A stretch of 64,000 nt of DNA. Origin: a virus. Below, in pieces: positions 61,601 through 64,000 of the stretch; the first letter of the stretch is position 1, and each line of letters begins with the position of its first letter. The notes beneath the pieces were generated by a model. It had not been told where the DNA came from and did not search any database. It saw only the letters and a program-made list of their open reading frames with translations. The translations under genes and the position numbers were made by a program. The stretch lies in the IMG/VR virus record IMGVR_UViG_3300006736_003672, positions 1 to 64,000 of that record; one strand, 5' to 3'.

Positions 61601-63556
61601 GCCGCCAATAAACATGCAATATGGACTGGAGAATATGAACAAAATTACAGTATGGCAATGCATAATTTTTTGGGGGAGATACCAAGATTTTTCTTAGATG
61701 ACGGTAAATTTCAAAGTTTTAAATCTAGGCCCGGAACCTTCCATTTAATATCTGGGACAACATATTTTATGGACGTTCTGATGTATAAATCGGGTTATAA
61801 TTATAGCAAGAGCGGCAGCGCGGTAGACGATCCAGCTCGCCAAGAAAGATCCCAAAATGATATGATTATGTTTGAAGGACCTGATTATCCGTTCGAATCT
61901 AATGACGCGTCGGTATGGTATGCAGATATGTATAGACAAAATATGCAGTCAGGTTCAGCTAGAGGTATTCATTACGGACCAGCCTGTCAAACTTCAAACA
62001 ACTGGTGGGGTCACGAAAATGTCGGAAGTTCCGATGTACATTCTGGAACGATTGCTCATCATATGCAAGATCCGGCATTTGCTCCATATACACCACCATA
62101 TTTTTACGGCAAATCAGTAGCCAGACTAGCGTTTTCACCACACAAATCCAAACTGTTGCTTTCAGCAGTCGACCTTAATGCTTCTTATGGAGAAGTGGGA
62201 GAGTTTACAGTAGAAGAAATTCTAAAAGGCGCCCAATTAGAAACACAATATGATCCTGATCCTGAAGAAACATGGAATAGACTTTCAGATTATGGATCTG
62301 GATCATACAAGATATGGACTATAGATAATGACAACCAGAACGGAGCTACTGACGGCTCTGGCGGCAGCGACAGTCTTGCTTTGAAATCTAAAATGACAAT
62401 TGGGTCGTCATTAAATCTATTTGGCAAGACAATTGTACCAGAGATTACATATAATCCAATTACTGGCCAGGCAGTAGAAGCAAAGGCGTCGTTGAGTGAT
62501 GAATCTCTTCAATCTTGGGTCATTTCGCCAAAATTCGAAACACCAATATTAAACTTTTCTGGCAACATTGATGCAAATTTGGGCTATTCTACACGTGGAA
62601 TGTGGTATGGTTATGGAGTTGAGCCAACTGGTTCTCAAGGAATTTATATGGGTTTGAGAGAATCACACCCAACAACTATATTAAAAGCAATGCTCGGAGG
62701 TGCAGGTGAAAACGCGCTACATGGAATAGGAACTCAGCCTGCAGACGAAACCAGGCTAGGTCATCGTCAAACTGGTTCGCTATATCAAGTATTAGGCTTT
62801 CCGCAAAGTACTAGTCTTGTTGGCCCGACAAGAAAATTAGGTCAAATAGCACAAAACAAAACAATATCAGAAGCTGTCATCGCTGTGCCTATAAAAGCAA
62901 ATTTTGATCAAGGTAAAAGTCCATTTTTCCCAATTTCTCGAGATAAAATTCACGCTGCCAAGCTTCGTATAGAAGAAGGTAAGGGCGCCGAAGATATCTT
63001 TTTGGAACGAAAAGGAGTTGCCGCTCCAAGTCAAACAGTATATGATATGGTTACAAAGTTGAGAAAATATTATTTACCACCTCACATGGATTTTGTTGCA
63101 AATCCGACTATAGAACCATTTGCTGCAATTGTTTTTGAGTTTCATCATTGTTTACAAAAGCAAGATCTTATCGATATTTGGCAAAATCTTATGCCAAAAA
63201 TTGCCATGGAAGCAGAAAAAGATGAATCAGTTGTTACAATTACCGCCGCCGGCGCGAGAGACTTTTTAGATATTGAGAATTTGCCTAAAGATACTAGATG
63301 GATGGTCTTCAAAGTTAAGCAGAAGGCAGAGAAAAGCTATTACAGCGTGACAGAGGATGTTAGAGATGATCATAGATTTAGGTTTGATATTGGGGAAGAT
63401 AAATATAAAAATCCAAAGTATAATTACAACTGGCCTTATGATTTCTTCTCTTTAATTGAGTTGGTACAATTAGAGTCGGAGCTTCAAATTTATGGACGAG
63501 GTCAAGCGGCTGTTGATGCTGCTGAAGAAGAGGGGCCACCGGAGGGCTTTTTCTAA
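52682..63556 (+). CDS. Giant 3624-aa baseplate/fibre protein with LamG (concanavalin A-like) domains
   Basis: LamG motifs TVEFWLW/WHHYAFT/LYVDG/DEFRFW and SFAAWVK/WIHVCVTY/MYVNG/IDELVIFNKALS; the wedge-like YKSKGTEKAF motif. Confidence 0.8.
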   Translation: MSTKDYFNKDQSIIRVAASASMGDLGNEVESAEFIQEKIKDTDRFVPFVDFSKPENFVRFGSAEEYYAESIKRVYRTYPYDGSLKEKTQWHNSSSFLDRYIFDKVYPRSTGYAIFSSNGWGSVSATKGAMATENEYGLSATPEYILIKGGPHKDPSYSSMSKLFPSADGKSNIYDYDKNRESNLKFGGNDGNTVEFWLWKHDFDPSKTKKEVIFDATTTDYVSSSTFYGRLRIELSATTRQDESPFYVTYLSGNAGDVDSRSTAAYNGGGFYSASIGDNLTTASIADRSWHHYAFTFSTSGSGTGPGGTRVRLYVDGDLNTETIVGTSASYVSGNINAAIGALITEQSGAENIDWSDATGYGKMSASVDEFRFWKVERTPKEIGRNWFTQVYGGTNTDDANTQLGVYYKFNEGVSATSSYDSKVLDYSGRISSGSWEGYLSTSRNTGSAILSASAAVYEFEDPILYSFHTNVTSALDSYSKLGKNFDYQNNASIYNSIPEWIISEDRYVGSNLLKLTQIMSSYFDTLAYQIKALPSIKNISYTPFTSSFISTGSGPTGSGEYKPLPFANRLLESAGLTTPEIFLDADVISKFTSRDEKILFKDNLYDTKNLIYQNIYNNLIYIYKSKGTEKAFRNAIRCFGIDDELIKINVYANNITYELKDSYNYTVQKKNFVDFHIPDHNTAVIYQATSSNSNTVSFISGSEEFYSGSARTLEAEIIFPRRETYEKPGQYIIAPGLTSSLFGTKGAYSINTELQSDLNDHRYTTWQQQDHGDLRVMAVKDTHDILSTNAYFKLTSSTMAINLTSAVFYDVYEGEKWNFAVRIRPSTYPMANKVSGSRDAYAHGSGTVEFCGVNASNNAIRNEFYLTASSPFPGSDIGASRVNHWIGSPKRVYAGALRANFTGTLQVYSDVKVSSVRYWFDYLPDEAIKAHAKDSGNAGVVHPYDYAYLFNAPTASLCYIPKIETLALNWDFDRVTGSDSTGGFVVEDISSGSAALTGKYGPLGNILNAQHTGVGYGFKASSAKVVDKNYLPVARQRLPESVASSDMIEIRNRDDINFTRETRPITHFIAVEKSMYQTISEEMMKMFATIKDFNSLIGEPVNRYRQSYKRMEKLRQLFFERVENVSDLDRYIEFYKWLDSSIDKIIEQFFPISSDASDSIRNMVESHVLERNKYWTKFPTLEMKHDPPTGQILAINELLYPWKQGHAPLPDNAATAVDCIDTTDYIASSADASFTIAIPTSANGLGGTAVTFLLDQDKDDVSQATAAANTITIGTKDGTDALVASFLINAINGVTAGRFIYASEGNGQAGHDLGITAEQGSSDTQITLTMDTIGNVGNIINALASASGVNIIDVTGFTGGTLLPENCLWWKDRLGRDGTTPLGSQDGATDRSKEAIRRIATTIVSSSGPTYQSNPYVYRKLTRPYKFSTDVSVELHGGINFAPSKRLDFYKNLLTFGRNNHIQIDLNDFENPACTDLLDLKKKSRQPFKVTFSTDAQSKGEIYAPFSIFSSSEGASDVTAGITSIHTDAYGYCKEVPMQGPFTEQYVGGMPHRHAAIFTSAKNGPKSIAFNGVDNQSQLDVPHADNLSFGDASEDSPLSFAAWVKVDSDWPEIFRIVAKTKSSASTVEYYWSILNDRSNSDFDYRMIAVLVDENTSNAYIGQKSNATDAMKAYEDTWIHVCVTYAATEASSGIIMYVNGEVHATAAYEAGSYTAMHNYGAGSDLAIGRGQSYNGIDVAKGAIDELVIFNKALSPAEITTLYNNGGTWMLTDSWSAQSNIVSWWRMGDGQSITFDNAGVRNDATFAVKNFTILDQVSSNDATMSSFQGTATSGITPYAVDRQSLVSNRPEAWSVVLPAYSNGKPTQIRLVEVDSDEPRSWVAREGYAKRPVNIKNIQQLTGNEITERTIIGNYTKNYQVVQTSGRYTNPRYFAETKGAISESVASTTVSGVYDFALPDRGRHASVFVEKFSSPGGPEVMSRGFLDIVAEEFSVYNSLNNRNLSVRQPLQTLLTRHANSGGYASFTPDYLLTHPPSASYHKTYRNRRGKIMFSSSAGTSETNILPVGGNVFANAPGSFHAVTGSSFDNWYVMRTIPRSDVQYAWIAHSVHHVTGVAAEPANLYAREYKAVGGSTRSDFTILGYQKPAYMRSGSEEHDAYNAWNASTDIVFVSSSDFVSFFATGYATPQRAFGMSVLSNYHASAGQYGFIHTDFVGMNTIIQEPISSSFNTLGHDLNIGVTHTTAADERLYLNYGSAARLPDHPGGIITATNTNSTTGTPGIKKGIWADAALLNSLLLNRNGPYHYPSWKQVRTGEHPVARHQRRNNILDFTIGPIASLRIPTTVKQLSADLKHAGRYTELRYGREIFTADIIKELDAKGVKFPVRKETITPVTSKYKPLEHTIVDSDTEIKVVGVHNIFTLRNTLGNNMNYFPIGQGVLDQQLGITPDFNNVVYDEITNELNSPVTLMLEGERKSYDLVNLSYREIIFPKEENTYLAKIRGRQHYSESAGLTHEGYDRRDYRTFWRNRAEDRLRTDSVALNSMGIPIKESMWNGDTTGYAVKLRQFDRLVDTNDGVADFSDGLEMIPTCLSVWPLDSTSASGSVCGELFSNPYMSMTASYITASATLYDTAGPEVMVVPTASQTYLFQNLYHALSPNSHYITNVPPKYVSVCGDDVVGGRGFSGSHFKPQWSSSFLSGKSPFYDSYEDWALDVRTMGQGYSIVPEFKISDHMDYYIDNGYEETNKKFLSLIGALHTASSDTPTSTGNQTFYKLYSHSDFMKFSQLINSDYLGTSLYDYDAKGRTKDFTLRCKAIKKLLPYNGFYPVNRCIQLGTMFSQSYGPYLTASTFVHPYEQLQSVLQPFFAPGIMYNTIKSGVAVDWAAYTGSAPSAGGHNSLSALSQTASAGAMSVTPVAVDGGSTDNYHNFRYPFESLIEPHAYMPSENQGKRPEQYMMLPAGTPQQGGSNTIGVDDGAANKHAIWTGEYEQNYSMAMHNFLGEIPRFFLDDGKFQSFKSRPGTFHLISGTTYFMDVLMYKSGYNYSKSGSAVDDPARQERSQNDMIMFEGPDYPFESNDASVWYADMYRQNMQSGSARGIHYGPACQTSNNWWGHENVGSSDVHSGTIAHHMQDPAFAPYTPPYFYGKSVARLAFSPHKSKLLLSAVDLNASYGEVGEFTVEEILKGAQLETQYDPDPEETWNRLSDYGSGSYKIWTIDNDNQNGATDGSGGSDSLALKSKMTIGSSLNLFGKTIVPEITYNPITGQAVEAKASLSDESLQSWVISPKFETPILNFSGNIDANLGYSTRGMWYGYGVEPTGSQGIYMGLRESHPTTILKAMLGGAGENALHGIGTQPADETRLGHRQTGSLYQVLGFPQSTSLVGPTRKLGQIAQNKTISEAVIAVPIKANFDQGKSPFFPISRDKIHAAKLRIEEGKGAEDIFLERKGVAAPSQTVYDMVTKLRKYYLPPHMDFVANPTIEPFAAIVFEFHHCLQKQDLIDIWQNLMPKIAMEAEKDESVVTITAAGARDFLDIENLPKDTRWMVFKVKQKAEKSYYSVTEDVRDDHRFRFDIGEDKYKNPKYNYNWPYDFFSLIELVQLESELQIYGRGQAAVDAAEEEGPPEGFF

Positions 63557-63618
63557 AGTTGAAATGAAGTTTATTTATTTAAGATGAGTAATTACTATGA
63601 GGACAAAAATTATATAAA

Positions 63619-64000
63619 ATGACATTTTTTAATAAAAAAGAAGACGTAATTGAAATTCAACTTACTCAATATGGCAAACATTTGTTATCATTGGGGAAGT
63701 TTAAACCGTCTCAATATGCTTTTTTTGATGCCGATATTTTATATGATTCTTTATATGCTGATATTTCCGAAGCACAAAGTGACACAGAATTAAGAATTAA
63801 GAATACGGTAAGGTCTAAAACTCAATATGTTTTTAGTCCCGGCCCCGAAACGGAAGTAACTACAGCAAACAAACATATACTTGAAAATAAGCAAAAACTC
63901 GCACAAGAAGCTCTAAATATGGGTCCAGAATTTGATGATACCGAAGTAGAGGTTGGGCAAAATCCGGTATTGACGGAAGAAGATATGATTAGGTTTCAAA
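63619..64000 (+). CDS. Structural protein, 3'-truncated
   Basis: MTFFNKKEDVIEIQLTQYGKHLLSLGKFKPSQYAFFDADILYD...; the frame stays open to the window end. Confidence 0.7.
   Translation, partial: MTFFNKKEDVIEIQLTQYGKHLLSLGKFKPSQYAFFDADILYDSLYADISEAQSDTELRIKNTVRSKTQYVFSPGPETEVTTANKHILENKQKLAQEALNMGPEFDDTEVEVGQNPVLTEEDMIRFQ

Noticed and set aside
39128-62141. Many short alternative-frame and antisense ORFs within the giant genes
   Set aside because: They are fully nested in long coding ORFs and show no recognisable motifs.

Overview
AT-rich, almost entirely plus-strand, tightly packed 64 kb segment of a jumbo myovirus-like bacteriophage. Phage markers are T4-like gp25 and gp6 baseplate wedge proteins, gp5-like hub/spike parts, a gp55-like late sigma factor and two proteins over 3000 aa. 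The segment has three blocks. (1) About 0-8.7 kb is a host-takeover block: beta-helix protein, Fis-like HTH, a complete tmRNA with its own sigma70 promoter, ClpP, trypsin-like protease, PIN-PhoH, a zincin and a Cas4-like nuclease. (2) About 8.7-31.5 kb is a glycan factory of about 23 genes: 6-7 glycosyltransferases, a ThDP carboligase, PanB, an E1-type 3-dehydrase, RmlB, Maf-NeuB-NeuA with tailoring enzymes, two sulfotransferase-like paralogues and Gmd/Fcl. (3) About 32-64 kb is a late/structural block with sigma factor, tubulin and baseplate genes. The most striking candidate system is a genetically split gp5-like puncturing device. Two tandem genes share a near-identical OB-fold-like N-terminus but carry different enzymes (a lambda-type lytic transglycosylase versus an SGNH esterase plus a terminal Hint domain), followed by a separate HxH-tipped spike gene. 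Other notable signals are strong over-representation of GC palindromes (GCCGGC at least 32 times), [ST]-[GAS]-S-rich structural proteins that may be glycosylation targets, a CTAWWTA putative late promoter and plug-in domains in baseplate proteins. All functional calls come from motif recognition by eye; no database searches were run.
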